A stretch of DNA of 64,000 bases, from NCBI GenBank assembly GCA_050176815.1, contig JBFXHR010000004.1, forward strand, positions 19,927-83,926. Direction: 5' to 3'. Made by a program: the position numbers and the translations under genes. Numbering within the stretch: position 1 is the first letter of the stretch; every line of letters starts with the position of its first letter. The notes beneath the pieces are model-generated. The model was given only the letters and a program-made list of their open reading frames with translations. It was not told the origin of the DNA and searched no databases. Shown here piece by piece: positions 47,840 through 58,931 of this stretch. This stretch comes from Kiritimatiellia bacterium. GTDB lineage: Bacteria; Verrucomicrobiota; Kiritimatiellia; CAIQIC01; Lenti-01.

Positions 47840-50728
47840 ATGGCGGACAATTTCATCTTGGTGGAGGGGGCGCGGGAGCACAACCTCAAGAACATCACCG
47901 TGCGGATTCCGCGCGGCAGCCTGTGCGTGGTGACGGGGCTCAGCGGCAGCGGGAAGTCGTCGCTGGCGTTCGACACGCTCTACGCCGAGGGCCAGCGGAA
48001 GTACGTCGAGAGCCTGTCGTCCTTCGCGCGGATGTTCCTCGAACAGCTGCAGAAGCCGGACGTGGACCGCATCGAGGGGCTGTCGCCCGCGATCGCGATC
48101 GAGCAGCGGTCGGCGGGGTCGAATCCGCGGTCGATCGTGGCGACGACGACGGAGATCCACGACTACCTGCGCCTGCTCTATGCCAGCGTGGGGCACCAGC
48201 ACTGCCATAAATGCGGCAAGCCCATCGCGCGGCAGAGCGCGGAGGAGATCGTCAACCGGATCCTGAAGAAGCCCGAAGGCGCGAAGGTGCAGCTCTTGGC
48301 GCCGCTGGTGGAGGGGCGCAAGGGCGAGCACGCGGAGATCTTCGATTCGGCGCGGCGGCTGGGGTTCACGCGCGTGCAGATCGACGGGGAGATGTTCGAT
48401 CTGGAAAAGCCGCCGAAGCTGGACAAGCAGAAGAAGCATTCCATCGCGGTGGTGGTGGACCGGTTGGTCATCAACGACAAGGTACGGGGGCGGCTGACGG
48501 ATTCGGTGGAGCTGGCGCTGAAGCAGGGCGAGGGGGTGCTGAACGCGCTGTTCCAGGAGCCGGGCGCGGGCGAGGCGTGGACGCCGCAGATGTTTTCCGA
48601 GAAGAACGCGTGCGCGGATTGCGGGATCAGCTTCGATGCGCTCCTGGCGCGGAATTTTTCGTTCAACAGCCCGTACGGGGCGTGCCCGACGTGCGACGGC
48701 TTGGGGCAGATGCTGGTGTTCGACGAGGATCTGGTGGTGCCGGACCCGACGAAGTCCATCGATTCGGGCGCGATCGCGGCCTGGCGCCCGGCGGGGCGGC
48801 GGGAGGCGATTTACCGCAAGGGGCTGCTGCGGGCGCTGGCGAAGCACCTCGGGTTCGATCTCGGCACGCCGTGGGAAGAACTGCCGGAAAAGGTCCGCCA
48901 GGTCATCCTGCACGGCTCGGGCGAGGAGGACGTCGAGCTGGGCTTCTGGATGCGCGGGGCGTGGCGGAAGTACAGCAAGCCGTTCGAGGGCGTGATTCCG
49001 AACCTGCAGCGGCGCTATACGGAGTCGGACAGCGACTACATCAAGCAGAAACTGGCGGGCTTCATGAGCCGCCTGCCGTGCACGGGCTGCGGCGGGAAGC
49101 GCCTGCGCCCGGAGAGCCTCGCCTGCCGCGTGGCGGGCAAGGGCATCATGGACGTGATGGAATTCTCGGCGCGCGACGCGGCGGCGTTTTTCGCGGACCT
49201 GCCGCTGTCCGAGCAGGAAAACAAGATTGCGGCGGAGGTGCTGAAGGAAATCCGCAAGCGGCTGCGGTTCCTGTGCGACGTGGGGCTGGGCTACCTGAAT
49301 TTGAACCGCGAGAGCGGGACGCTCTCCGGCGGCGAGGCGCAGCGCATCCGGCTGGCGACGCAGGTGGGCGCGGGGCTGGTGGGCGTGCTGTACGTGCTGG
49401 ACGAGCCAAGCATCGGTTTGCACCAGCGCGACAACGAAAAGCTGCTGCGGACGCTGAAGGGCCTGCGCGACCTGGGCAACACGGTGGTCGTGGTCGAGCA
49501 CGACGAGCAGACGATCCGCGAGGCGGACTACGTCATCGACCTCGGGCCGGCGGCGGGCGTGCACGGCGGGGAAGTCGTCTTTGCCGGCACGGTGCCGGAC
49601 CTGCTGAAGTCGACAGCATCGCTGACCGCGCAGTTCCTGAACGGCGAAAAGAAGATCGACGTCCCGCACGATCGCCAGGCGCCGGGCGAGGCGTGGCTGG
49701 AGATCTTCGGCGCGGCGGAAAACAACTTGAAGAATATCGACGTGCGCTTTCCGCTGGGGCGGATCTCGTGCGTGACGGGCGTGTCGGGCAGCGGCAAGAG
49801 CACGCTGGTGGACGACATCCTGCGGCGGGCGCTGTTCCGGAAATTCTACGGGTCGAAAGACAAACCTGGCAAGCACAAGAAGATCGCCGGGATGCAGCAT
49901 CTCGACAAGGTGATCGTGATCGACCAGTCGCCCATCGGGCGGACGCCGCGGTCGAATCCGGCGACGTACACGGGCGCGTTCAACGCGATCCGCGACCTGT
50001 TCACGCAGCTGCCGGGCTCGAAAATGCGCGGCTACAAGCCGGGGCGGTTCAGCTTCAACGTCAAGGGCGGCCGCTGCGAGAAGTGCAAGGGCGACGGCAT
50101 CCTGAAGATCGAGATGAACTTCCTGCCGGACGTCTACGTGACCTGCGAGCAGTGCCGCGGGCGGCGCTACAACCAGGAAACGCTGGAAGTGAAGTGGCGC
50201 GGCAAGAGCATCGCCGACGTGCTGGACATGACGATCGCCGAGGCGCTGGAGTTTTTCGCGCCGGTGCCGACGATCGCGCGCAAGTTCCAGACGATGAGCG
50301 AGGTCGGGCTGGGTTACCTGAAGGTGGGCCAGCCGGCGACGACGCTCTCCGGCGGCGAGGCGCAGCGCATGAAGCTGAGCGCGGAACTGGCGCGGCGCGA
50401 CACGGGCCAGACCTTGTATCTGCTCGACGAGCCGACGACGGGGCTGCATTTCGCGGACGTGGACCGGCTGCTGAAGGTGCTGCTGCGGCTGCGGGACGCG
50501 GGCAACAGCCTGATCGTGATCGAACACAATCTCGACGTGGTCAAGACGGCCGACTACATTGTGGATCTGGGACCGGAAGGCGGCGACGAAGGCGGCCGCG
50601 TGGTGGCCTGCGGCTCGCCGGAGGAAATCGCGGCGAACCCGGCCTCGCACACGGGCGAGTATTTGCGGCCGATGCTGGCGCCGCCGGCCCCGAAACCGGC
50701 CAAGGCGAAGCGGACAAAGAAAAAATGA
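47840..50728 (+). CDS. uvrA: excinuclease ABC subunit A
   Basis: [19 protein letters not shown]; two ABC ATPase modules with Walker [10 protein letters not shown] and GVSGSGKST; zinc-finger Cys motifs. Confidence 0.95.
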   Translation: MADNFILVEGAREHNLKNITVRIPRGSLCVVTGLSGSGKSSLAFDTLYAEGQRKYVESLSSFARMFLEQLQKPDVDRIEGLSPAIAIEQRSAGSNPRSIVATTTEIHDYLRLLYASVGHQHCHKCGKPIARQSAEEIVNRILKKPEGAKVQLLAPLVEGRKGEHAEIFDSARRLGFTRVQIDGEMFDLEKPPKLDKQKKHSIAVVVDRLVINDKVRGRLTDSVELALKQGEGVLNALFQEPGAGEAWTPQMFSEKNACADCGISFDALLARNFSFNSPYGACPTCDGLGQMLVFDEDLVVPDPTKSIDSGAIAAWRPAGRREAIYRKGLLRALAKHLGFDLGTPWEELPEKVRQVILHGSGEEDVELGFWMRGAWRKYSKPFEGVIPNLQRRYTESDSDYIKQKLAGFMSRLPCTGCGGKRLRPESLACRVAGKGIMDVMEFSARDAAAFFADLPLSEQENKIAAEVLKEIRKRLRFLCDVGLGYLNLNRESGTLSGGEAQRIRLATQVGAGLVGVLYVLDEPSIGLHQRDNEKLLRTLKGLRDLGNTVVVVEHDEQTIREADYVIDLGPAAGVHGGEVVFAGTVPDLLKSTASLTAQFLNGEKKIDVPHDRQAPGEAWLEIFGAAENNLKNIDVRFPLGRISCVTGVSGSGKSTLVDDILRRALFRKFYGSKDKPGKHKKIAGMQHLDKVIVIDQSPIGRTPRSNPATYTGAFNAIRDLFTQLPGSKMRGYKPGRFSFNVKGGRCEKCKGDGILKIEMNFLPDVYVTCEQCRGRRYNQETLEVKWRGKSIADVLDMTIAEALEFFAPVPTIARKFQTMSEVGLGYLKVGQPATTLSGGEAQRMKLSAELARRDTGQTLYLLDEPTTGLHFADVDRLLKVLLRLRDAGNSLIVIEHNLDVVKTADYIVDLGPEGGDEGGRVVACGSPEEIAANPASHTGEYLRPMLAPPAPKPAKAKRTKKK

Positions 50729-53277
50729 AGCCATTTGGATTCATCTGGATTTTGGGGATCCTGGCAGTGGCCGTTGCGCTGGCTTCGGCGCAGGAGCCGG
50801 GCGGGGCCGGGGAAAGCCCGGCCTCCGGCAAGCTGACGATCGAACAGGCGGGCCGATTGCTGAAAACGGGGCGGGCGGCCTACGAGGACGGGCTTTATCC
50901 GCTGGCGCAGCGCCGGCTGGAAGAGCTGGTGGCGGGCGCGCCGGACAAGCGACGGAAGGCTGAAGGGGCGTTGTGGCTGGCGCGGGTGCAGCTGGCCGCC
51001 CGGAATCCCAGCGGCGCTTTGGCGATGCTGGAGGCCCATGGCGGCCTGACCCAGGCCGCGTCGTTGTCGGCGGAGTACGCGCTGGCCCGGTCCCAGGCTT
51101 TCTTCGAATTGGGCCGGACGGCGCAGGCGGCGGAGGAATTGGCGGTGTTCCGGTCGCAATACGCCGATCAGGAATCGGCGCCCGTGGCCTTGCGCCTGCT
51201 GGCGCGGGCGGATGCGGCGCGGGGAGAGTGGGATGCCGCGCGCGCGACCTGCGCGTTGATCGAATCGAACCACGTCGGTTCTGCGGAGGCGCCGGCGGCC
51301 TGGCTGGACGTGGCGTCGGCTCTGGCCGAAGCCGGACGGATGGCGGAGGCGCAGGCGGCGCTGGAACACGTGGAAACCGGCTATGCCGGCCAGGCGTGGG
51401 CCGAACGGGCGGCGCTGAAGAACGCCGAACTGGCCTTGGCGCAAGGATCGCGCCCGCAGGCCATGAAGAAGCTCCAGGCGCTGGCGGCGAACACGAATTT
51501 GCAGGCGGAGACCCGCGCGCAAGGCTATCGGATCGTCGCGCAGGCGCTGGGCGCGGAGTCCAATTATCCGGCCGCGCTGGAGACGATCGACCTCGGCATC
51601 GCGGCATCGGCGGATCCGGCCCAACGGATGGAAAGCTCGGTGGTCAAGGCCCGCATGCTGCTGTCGGCCGGGCGGCTGGACGAAGGCGCGGCGTTGATGC
51701 GGACGGTGGCGGCGCAAATGCCGGACGAGACGCAGGCGGCGCGCTTGCAGCTGGATTTGGCCGACGGGCTGTATCGGCTGGGCCGCTGGAACGAGGCTGC
51801 GGCGGAATACCAGGCCTGGCTGGACGCGTTCGACGGGGCCGCGGGAACGTCGGCCGTCCTGGCGGGCCGCGGATGGGCGCTTTGGGAAGCCCAGCGCTAC
51901 GAAGAAGCCGCGCCGGTTTTCCGCCGCGCCGCCGAGGCGGAACCGGATGCGGAAAAACGCCTGGCGCTCCTGCAGAAGCTGGCGGACGCGCAGTTCGCCG
52001 CCGGCCAATATTCCAAGGCCAAGGAGTCCTATGCCGCGGTGCTGGCCGCCGCGCCGGCCGGCGGGGAATGGGCGGATCGCGCCCAGTTGCAGATGGCCGA
52101 GACGGAACTGGCGCTGGGCGAGACCGAGGCCGGCGAAATCCGTCTGCTGGACGTGAGCCGCGCCCACAAGGAATCCGCCTTGTCCCGCGCGGCGATTTTG
52201 CGCTTGGGCGCGATCTACGAAGACCGCGGCGCGCTCGAAACCGCCATGGAGCAATATGGCCGGATCATCGAGCCCTGCGCCGAAGCGTCGTCCTGCGCGA
52301 CGGCGCTGCTGGCGCGCGGGTTGATCCGCTACCGGATGGGCGCGTTCCAGGGCGCGTTGGACGATTTCGGGCGCCTGTGCGACGAATTGTCCCAGACGCC
52401 GCCGGTGGCGCAGGCCACGTTCATGCGCGGCTGGTGCTACTACATGCTGGGAAAAGACGCCAAAGCCCTGCAGGCCTGCGAACAATTCCTGGCCGATTAT
52501 CCGCAGTCGGAATTTGCGCCCGACGTCCGCTTCTGGCTGGGCGAATACGCGTTCAACCGAGGCGACTACGAGACGGCGGAGGCGTGGTTCGCCAGCGTGG
52601 CGGCCGACCATCCGGACAGTTCCCGCGCCGGCGAGGCGCTGTATTGGGCCGGCCGCGCCGCGACCGCACGCCGGGCCTATTTGGCGGCCAACGAGCACTT
52701 CAACGCGCTGATGGCGCGCTATCCGGACAGTCCGAAGCTGGCCGAGACGCTCTTGGCGCAGGGCGACGTGCTGAGCGAACTGGGGCAATTCCCGGCGGCC
52801 ATCCTGGCGTTCAACGAGGTGATCGTGAAATTTCCGCAGCGCCCCGAAGCGATGATGGCGTGGGGGCGGAAAGGCGATTGCCAGTACACGCTCGGGCAGG
52901 AAAACAAGGCGCGCTACGAAGAGGCCCTGCTGTCCTACCGCACCCTGATGGATTTCGCGGGCGCGCCGGTGGATTTGCGCCTGCAGGCCGGCTTCAAGGT
53001 CGGGCGCTGCCTGGAGAAGATGGAACGCTCGGCGGCCGCCCTCGACCGCTACATGGAAGTCGTCTATTCCTATCTGCAGGAAACCCAGCCGCCGGCGGAG
53101 GCCACGGTGTGGTTCACGCGCGCGGCGTTCGGCGCCGCAGCCCTTCAGGAACGGGCCGGCAAATGGAAGGAAGCGTTCGGAATCTACAACCGGGTGGCCG
53201 ATTCCGGAGTGTCTTCCGCCGCCGAGGCCCGCGATCGCATGGAGCGCATCAAAACGGAACACTGGGCGCTGTTCTAG
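50725..53277 (+). CDS. secreted tetratricopeptide-repeat protein
   Basis: ATGA overlap with uvrA; signal peptide; about 20 TPR-like helical repeats; 850 aa. Confidence 0.7.
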   Translation: MKPFGFIWILGILAVAVALASAQEPGGAGESPASGKLTIEQAGRLLKTGRAAYEDGLYPLAQRRLEELVAGAPDKRRKAEGALWLARVQLAARNPSGALAMLEAHGGLTQAASLSAEYALARSQAFFELGRTAQAAEELAVFRSQYADQESAPVALRLLARADAARGEWDAARATCALIESNHVGSAEAPAAWLDVASALAEAGRMAEAQAALEHVETGYAGQAWAERAALKNAELALAQGSRPQAMKKLQALAANTNLQAETRAQGYRIVAQALGAESNYPAALETIDLGIAASADPAQRMESSVVKARMLLSAGRLDEGAALMRTVAAQMPDETQAARLQLDLADGLYRLGRWNEAAAEYQAWLDAFDGAAGTSAVLAGRGWALWEAQRYEEAAPVFRRAAEAEPDAEKRLALLQKLADAQFAAGQYSKAKESYAAVLAAAPAGGEWADRAQLQMAETELALGETEAGEIRLLDVSRAHKESALSRAAILRLGAIYEDRGALETAMEQYGRIIEPCAEASSCATALLARGLIRYRMGAFQGALDDFGRLCDELSQTPPVAQATFMRGWCYYMLGKDAKALQACEQFLADYPQSEFAPDVRFWLGEYAFNRGDYETAEAWFASVAADHPDSSRAGEALYWAGRAATARRAYLAANEHFNALMARYPDSPKLAETLLAQGDVLSELGQFPAAILAFNEVIVKFPQRPEAMMAWGRKGDCQYTLGQENKARYEEALLSYRTLMDFAGAPVDLRLQAGFKVGRCLEKMERSAAALDRYMEVVYSYLQETQPPAEATVWFTRAAFGAAALQERAGKWKEAFGIYNRVADSGVSSAAEARDRMERIKTEHWALF

Positions 53278-53786
53278 CGGCTTCCGGAGGGTTCTTTGCC
53301 GTTGGATCCGTAAACCGGGCGGGATTCGGCGACCTTCGGCAACGGCGACGCCGGGGGGCGGGCATGGAAGCGCGGCGCCGGCCGCAAGGCCTTTTCGATG
53401 CGGGCCCGCACGCGTTCGGGACGCTTGAGCTGGCAGGCCCAGACCGTGACCACCTTCCACCCCCGGCGCCGCAGCTGCCGGAGATGCTTCCGGTCGTTGG
53501 CGACGTTGCGCGCGAATTTGTCTGCCCAGAACTTCCGATGGCTTTTGGGCGTGGTGGCGATTTTGCAGTTCTTGTGGCGGTGCCAGAAGCAGCCGTGGAC
53601 GAAGACGACGGTTTTGTATTTCGGCAGGACGACGTCGGGCTTGCCGGGCAGATCCGGGACGTGCTTGCGGAACCGGTAGCCGGCGCGGTGGAGCAGGGAG
53701 CGGACGGCCCGCTCGGGTCCGGTATCCTTGCCCTTGATCTTGGCCATGAGCCGGCTGCGTTCCTCGATGGTGAGGGTGTCCGTCAT
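53274..53786 (-). CDS. vsr: very-short-patch-repair endonuclease
   Basis: Hallmark FVHGCFWHRH motif and DxxK region; 170 aa with a short C-terminal extension. Confidence 0.85.
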   Translation of the reverse strand: MTDTLTIEERSRLMAKIKGKDTGPERAVRSLLHRAGYRFRKHVPDLPGKPDVVLPKYKTVVFVHGCFWHRHKNCKIATTPKSHRKFWADKFARNVANDRKHLRQLRRRGWKVVTVWACQLKRPERVRARIEKALRPAPRFHARPPASPLPKVAESRPVYGSNGKEPSGSR

Positions 53787-53895
53787 GGAACCAGCCTAGC
53801 GCAAGCCAATCCCCGCGGCCAGTCGGATGCGGGCTTTTCTTCGGACGGCATTCGGGCTAGAATCGGTCGTTGAATTCAGGACAAGGAGGCCGAAC

Positions 53896-54729
53896 GTGAA
53901 TCGTTGGAAGCAAATCGCGGGGCTGGGGCTTTGCCTGTGGGGAGCGGGCTGCGCCGGTCCAAGGGGAAACACGGTGTACCAGGCGTCGACCATCGGCGCG
54001 CTGCTGGCGGGCACGTACGATGGCGACTTGACGCTGGCCGAGCTGCGCCGGCACGGGGATTTCGGCATCGGCACCTACGACAACCTCGACGGCGAGATGG
54101 TTCTGCTGGACGGCGAATTCCACCAGGTGAAGGCGGACGGAAAGATTTACTCGCCCGATCTCCGGTGCGAGACGCCGTTTGCGGCGGTCTGCGCGTTTCG
54201 GCCCGAGAAGACGTTCGGGGTGCCCCTGGACGCGGACATGGCCGCCGTGGAGGCGTTGATCGACCGCGAGGCGCCGAACCCAAACCAGTTTTGCGCGATC
54301 CGCATCGAGGGTTTCTTCAAGGCGATGCGCACCCGCAGCGTTCCGCCGCAGCAGCGGCCGTTCCCGCCCCTGAAGGAAATCGCCGCGGCGCAGCCGACGT
54401 TCGACGTGGCGCACGTCGAGGGCACCGTGCTGGGCTTCCGCTGTCCGCCGTTCGTGGCGGGCGTGAACGTGCCGGGCTACCATTTGCATTTCCTCAGCAA
54501 GGACCGATCGTGCGGCGGGCACGTCCTCGCGTTCGAGATGGTGACGGGAACCGCGCAGGTCGACGTGCTCGACCGGCTGGTAATGCAGTTGCCCGCCACG
54601 GAGGATTTCGCGACGGTGAATCTGGCGAAGGACCGCCAGCAGGAGATGGAAAGCGTGGAGAAGGAAAGGAAAAAACAAGGGGGGCGGAATCAGCCGAGCA
54701 GGATGCGGACGACGTCGGCGGCGGAATAA
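53896..54729 (+). CDS. budA: alpha-acetolactate decarboxylase (with N-terminal signal sequence)
   Basis: AGGAGG SD followed by GTG. TVYQASTIGALLAGTYDGDLTLAELRRHGDFGIGTYDNLDGEMVLLDG is the canonical ALDC N-terminal region. Confidence 0.8.
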   Translation: MNRWKQIAGLGLCLWGAGCAGPRGNTVYQASTIGALLAGTYDGDLTLAELRRHGDFGIGTYDNLDGEMVLLDGEFHQVKADGKIYSPDLRCETPFAAVCAFRPEKTFGVPLDADMAAVEALIDREAPNPNQFCAIRIEGFFKAMRTRSVPPQQRPFPPLKEIAAAQPTFDVAHVEGTVLGFRCPPFVAGVNVPGYHLHFLSKDRSCGGHVLAFEMVTGTAQVDVLDRLVMQLPATEDFATVNLAKDRQQEMESVEKERKKQGGRNQPSRMRTTSAAE

Positions 54730-56114
54730 TCGGGATTTCCGTTGGCGCAAAAGCGGCCGACGTTTTCAAAGTCGTCGCCGAGAGTGACGAGAGGAAGTTC
54801 CGCGGAGCCGTCGGCCAGGCGCCGGGACATGCCGATATTGGCGACGAGGGCGTTGCAGAGGCACTTGCGGCCGGCCAGGTCTTCCGGGCTGCCGCCCTTG
54901 GCGAGATAGGCCTTTTCAGGTTCGGCCGCGCAGCGATAGCCAATGGACCCGTCCGGTTTCCGATAGGCTTCGCGCAGGAAACCGAGGTCGCAGACCCGCT
55001 GCCGCCGGGCGTACAAATCCGGATCGGAAAGCGTTCCTTCCAGCTCGGCCACCTTGAACGGGAATCCCGTGGGCGAGGCTTTGGCATCGGTGAAGACCTT
55101 GGCCTTTCCGGCGAGGGCCTTGGCCAGGAGCGCCTGGCGGAGGTTCGGCGCCAAGCCGGATTCCCTGCACAGCGCGAACGGCGTGCCCACCTGGATGCCG
55201 GCGGCGCCCAGGCCGAGGGCTTCCTTCCGTTTTTCCGGCGAACCATAGGCGCCAGCCAGCCAAAACGGGAGGCCGAGCTTGCGGAAAATCTCCAGGTCGA
55301 CGGCGTCGCGCGAGCCGTAGATGGGCTGGCCGTCGGCGGTGAACTGCATCTGGCCCCGCGGGGGGGCATTGTGTCCGCCGGCCAGAGGGCCTTCGATGAC
55401 GAAGCCCGCCATGTCGCCCTTGATTCGCCGGACCAGCATGGTGGCCAGGGTGCTGGAGGAGACGATGGGCAGGAAGGCCGGGCGCGCCAGGGCCGGCAGG
55501 GATTGGCCGGGCTCCCAGAAGGCGCGGGGATCCAGCGTCGTGCGGACGGGTTCGCCCGACTGGTTGCCGGCGACGTTGATGGAGTAGGACGCGGGTTGGT
55601 GTTCGGCCAGCGCGGCGATGGCGGCCGGGAATTCCATGGGGATGCCCGCGCCGACGATCACGACGGCCACGCCGGCGAGCATGGCGCCGTAGAGCGACGG
55701 CAGATGGGGCAACTGGATCTTCTCGAGATAATTGATGCCGACGGGATTCGCATGGCCTTCGCGGGCCAGGAAGACTTCGACGAAATTCGCCGCGATGCAC
55801 AGTTCCTGCGCCGGGACGTTGCTTTCGACGGTGTTCATGCGGGTCAGCGCGTAGGGTTTGGCGGGGTCGCGCCCGCCGGGAATGAAATAGGCGTCGAGGA
55901 TCCGTTGCGCGATCTTGGGGAAGGGGAAATGGTCGAGGGCCCGCCGGACGTGGCCTTCCACGTCGCCGTCCTGCAAGCGCCGCGAAAGGATCTGGTCCAG
56001 CGCGGTGCCGGCCACGACGCCCAACTGGCCCAGCCAGGACACGGCCTTGGCCAGCCTCCAGTTCGAAACGCCGGCGCCCATGCCCCCTTGAATGATTTGC
56101 GGAATGGAATGCAT
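54690..56114 (-). CDS. nitronate monooxygenase / 2-nitropropane dioxygenase-family FMN enzyme
   Basis: IIQGGMGAGVS N-terminus and TIM-barrel FMN-binding motifs (GAGIPMEF, GPLAGGH). Confidence 0.75.
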   Translation of the reverse strand: MHSIPQIIQGGMGAGVSNWRLAKAVSWLGQLGVVAGTALDQILSRRLQDGDVEGHVRRALDHFPFPKIAQRILDAYFIPGGRDPAKPYALTRMNTVESNVPAQELCIAANFVEVFLAREGHANPVGINYLEKIQLPHLPSLYGAMLAGVAVVIVGAGIPMEFPAAIAALAEHQPASYSINVAGNQSGEPVRTTLDPRAFWEPGQSLPALARPAFLPIVSSSTLATMLVRRIKGDMAGFVIEGPLAGGHNAPPRGQMQFTADGQPIYGSRDAVDLEIFRKLGLPFWLAGAYGSPEKRKEALGLGAAGIQVGTPFALCRESGLAPNLRQALLAKALAGKAKVFTDAKASPTGFPFKVAELEGTLSDPDLYARRQRVCDLGFLREAYRKPDGSIGYRCAAEPEKAYLAKGGSPEDLAGRKCLCNALVANIGMSRRLADGSAELPLVTLGDDFENVGRFCANGNPDYSAADVVRILLG

Positions 56115-56260
56115 GGAAAAACAATATACGGCCTTGCCGGGCGGAAAGCGAGAATTGATTCCGGGCCGGTGGCGGACGGGGTATTTTCCTTGACCCCCCC
56201 GGAGAACGGAGTAGAAGTCGGAATTCGTTTTTTCCCGAACCAGCGGAACCGACGCGAGTT

Positions 56261-56932
56261 ATGCCATTGACCATCCCAGAAGCCGCCCGGATGCTGAATT
56301 TTACCGAGCGCGCGGTGCAGGAGCGCATCGAGAAGGGCGACCTCCCTTCCCGATGCGTGAATGGCCGCCATCTCCTGAACCGGGACGAGTTGATCGAATG
56401 GGCCACGGAACACGGCGTGCCCGTCGCGCTTGCGGCCGGCAAAGGCGCGGAACGCATGCCGGCGTTGAGCGAGGCCTTGGAAGCCGGCGGCATTGTCCAC
56501 GGAAATCCGGGCCGGGACAAGGATGCGGTGCTGCGGCACCTGGTCGAGAGCATGCCCTTGCCGGCGGACGTCGATCCGGATTTTCTCCACAGCGTATTGT
56601 TGGCGCGGGAAGCGCTCGGCTCGACGGCGGTGGGCGAGGGGGTGGCCGTCCCGCATCCGCGCAGCCCGATTCTGCTGCGCGTGCCGACGGCCTTGGTTAC
56701 GCTGTGTTTTCTGGAGGAGCCCATCGATTTCGGCGCGCTCGACGGCCAGCCCGTGCACGCGCTGTTTTCCATGATCAGTCCGACGACGCGGATCCATTTG
56801 CATCTGCTTTCCCGGCTGGCCTTCGCGCTGCGCGATCCGGGCTTCCAGGATGGCATTGCCCGCCGCGCACCGGCGGCGGAAATCCTGGAGGCGGCGCGCC
56901 GCATCGAAGCCGGCTCGGTTCCGGGCCCCTAG
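56261..56932 (+). CDS. HTH domain fused to PTS EIIA type-2 (PtsN-like) regulatory domain
   Basis: N-terminal excisionase/MerR-like HTH (MLNFTERAVQERI); C-terminal EIIA-2-like region with VAVPHPR. Confidence 0.6.
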   Translation: MPLTIPEAARMLNFTERAVQERIEKGDLPSRCVNGRHLLNRDELIEWATEHGVPVALAAGKGAERMPALSEALEAGGIVHGNPGRDKDAVLRHLVESMPLPADVDPDFLHSVLLAREALGSTAVGEGVAVPHPRSPILLRVPTALVTLCFLEEPIDFGALDGQPVHALFSMISPTTRIHLHLLSRLAFALRDPGFQDGIARRAPAAEILEAARRIEAGSVPGP

Positions 56933-56942
56933 GCGTTTACCC

Positions 56943-58931
56943 ATGCCGGCCGAACCTTCCAGTTTTCTTTTCCTTTTGCTTTGGGCCGGCGGCCTTCTGG
57001 CGCTGACGGGCGCGGCATCGGTCTGGGCCGGGCGCTGGTCGGAGCGCACCGCCGTGGCGATCGGCGCGGCCGGGGCGGTGGCCGCGTGCGGCGCGGGGCT
57101 GGTGGCCGCGATCGCGGCGCTGGCCGGGGGAACGTCTTGCGCGCTGGCGCTGCCGTGGAGCCTGCCCTACGGGGAATTCCGGATCGGGCTCGATCCCCTG
57201 AGCGCGTTTTTCCTGATCCCGACCTTCCTGCTGTCGGGCTTGGCGGCCATCTACTCCATCGGATATTTCCAGCCTTGGAACGGGCGCAATCCGGGACGAT
57301 TCTGGTTTTTCTACAATGCGCTGGTCGCCAGCATGGCGCTCGTGCTGCTGGCGCGCAACGGCGTGCTGTTCCTGGTGGCGTGGGAGGCGATGTCGCTGGC
57401 TTCGTTCTTCCTCGTGATTTTCGACGACGCGGAACCGGGCGTAACCGACGCGGGATGGACCTATCTGGTGGCGGCGCACGTCGGGACGGCGTTCCTGATG
57501 GCGCTGTTCATGTTGTTGGGTCGTGCAGGCGGTTCGCAGGATTTTGCCGCGTACGCCGCGCCGGCGGGATCGGCGGGCCTGTTGTTCGTTCTGGCGCTGG
57601 TTGGATTCGGCACGAAGGCGGGCCTGTTTCCGCTGCACGTGTGGCTGCCCGAGGCGCACCCGGCGGCGCCCAGTCCCGTGTCGGCGGTGATGTCGGGCGT
57701 GATGATCAAGACGGGCATCTACGGGATCGTCCGCACGCTGGTTCTCCTGGGCGCCGTTCCCGGCTGGTGCGCGTGGCTGGTTCTGGGCCTTGGCGCGGTT
57801 TCGGGCGTCCTCGGCGTGCTGTTCGCGCTGGCGCAGCACGATCTCAAGCGCCTGCTGGCCTATCACAGCGTCGAGAACGTCGGCATCATCGCGCTTGGAA
57901 TCGGCATGGGCATGCTGGGCGTTCACTGCCGTTCCCCCGCCGTCGCGGTTCTCGGTTTTGCCGGCGGATTGCTGCACGTGCTGAATCACGCGACGTTCAA
58001 GGGGCTGCTCTTCCTCGGGGCCGGTGCGGTGGCGCATGCCGCCGGCACGCGCGACGTCGAAAAACTGGGCGGCCTGCTCCGGCGCATGCCGTGGACGGGC
58101 GCGGCCTTTCTGGCGGGTTCCGCCGCGATTTGCGGCCTTCCGCCGTTCAACGGTTTCGCCAGCGAATTCCTGATCTACGTCGGCGCGTTCAAGACGATTC
58201 TGGCTGGGGGGGGGATCGCCTTGGGCGGCGCGGTCGCCCTGGTCGCCCTGGCGCTGATCGGCGGTCTGGCGGCGGCGTGTTTCGCCAAGGCGTTTGGAAT
58301 CGTTTTCCTCGGCGAGCCGCGCTCGCCGGCGGCGGCCAACGCCCGCGAAACGGGAGGATCGATGCGGTGGCCCATGGCGTTGCTGGCGGCGCTGTGCCTG
58401 GCGATTGGCCTCGCCGTGGGTTTCGCGGTGCGCTTCCTGGAACCCGCCGTTGCCATGCTGGTGGATTCCGCCGCGGCGGCGGAAGCCGCCCGCTGGGCGG
58501 ATCCCGTTTCGGTCGGCGCGCTTTGGCTGGCGCTGCTGGCGCTGGTAGCGGGACTGGTCTTGGTTCGCCGCGGGTTGCTGGCCAAGCGTTCCGTTCGGGA
58601 AACGGCCACGTGGGATTGCGGCTACGCGGCGCCTTCGGCCCGCATGCAATACACGGCGACGGGCTTCGCCCAGCCGTTGACGCACGGCGCGCAGGCCCTC
58701 CTGCGTTCCCATCTGGAATTCCATCCGCCGCGCGGGGTTTTTCCGGATTCCGCCTCGTTCCATTCCGAGACGCGGGACCTCGCGCGGGCCAACCTCTTCG
58801 AGCCGTTGTTCCGGACGACGGCGGATCTGCTGGGACGGTTGCGCTGGCTGCAGCAGGGCCGGGTCCATTTCTACGTCCTGTACATCGTCGTGGTCTTGAT
58901 GGTTCTGCTGGCCTGGGCGCTTCGGCCATGA
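56943..58931 (+). CDS. group-4 hydrogenase-like membrane subunit B (NuoL/HyfB-like antiporter subunit)
   Basis: 662 aa with about 16 TM helices; WLPEAHPAAPSPVSA motif. Confidence 0.85.
   Translation: MPAEPSSFLFLLLWAGGLLALTGAASVWAGRWSERTAVAIGAAGAVAACGAGLVAAIAALAGGTSCALALPWSLPYGEFRIGLDPLSAFFLIPTFLLSGLAAIYSIGYFQPWNGRNPGRFWFFYNALVASMALVLLARNGVLFLVAWEAMSLASFFLVIFDDAEPGVTDAGWTYLVAAHVGTAFLMALFMLLGRAGGSQDFAAYAAPAGSAGLLFVLALVGFGTKAGLFPLHVWLPEAHPAAPSPVSAVMSGVMIKTGIYGIVRTLVLLGAVPGWCAWLVLGLGAVSGVLGVLFALAQHDLKRLLAYHSVENVGIIALGIGMGMLGVHCRSPAVAVLGFAGGLLHVLNHATFKGLLFLGAGAVAHAAGTRDVEKLGGLLRRMPWTGAAFLAGSAAICGLPPFNGFASEFLIYVGAFKTILAGGGIALGGAVALVALALIGGLAAACFAKAFGIVFLGEPRSPAAANARETGGSMRWPMALLAALCLAIGLAVGFAVRFLEPAVAMLVDSAAAAEAARWADPVSVGALWLALLALVAGLVLVRRGLLAKRSVRETATWDCGYAAPSARMQYTATGFAQPLTHGAQALLRSHLEFHPPRGVFPDSASFHSETRDLARANLFEPLFRTTADLLGRLRWLQQGRVHFYVLYIVVVLMVLLAWALRP

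Noticed and set aside
53896-54729. Signal-peptide-bearing acetolactate decarboxylase as an anomaly
   Set aside because: Secreted ALDCs with signal peptides are known (for example in Brevibacillus). The WGAGC sequence is not a canonical lipobox, so it is not treated as unusual.
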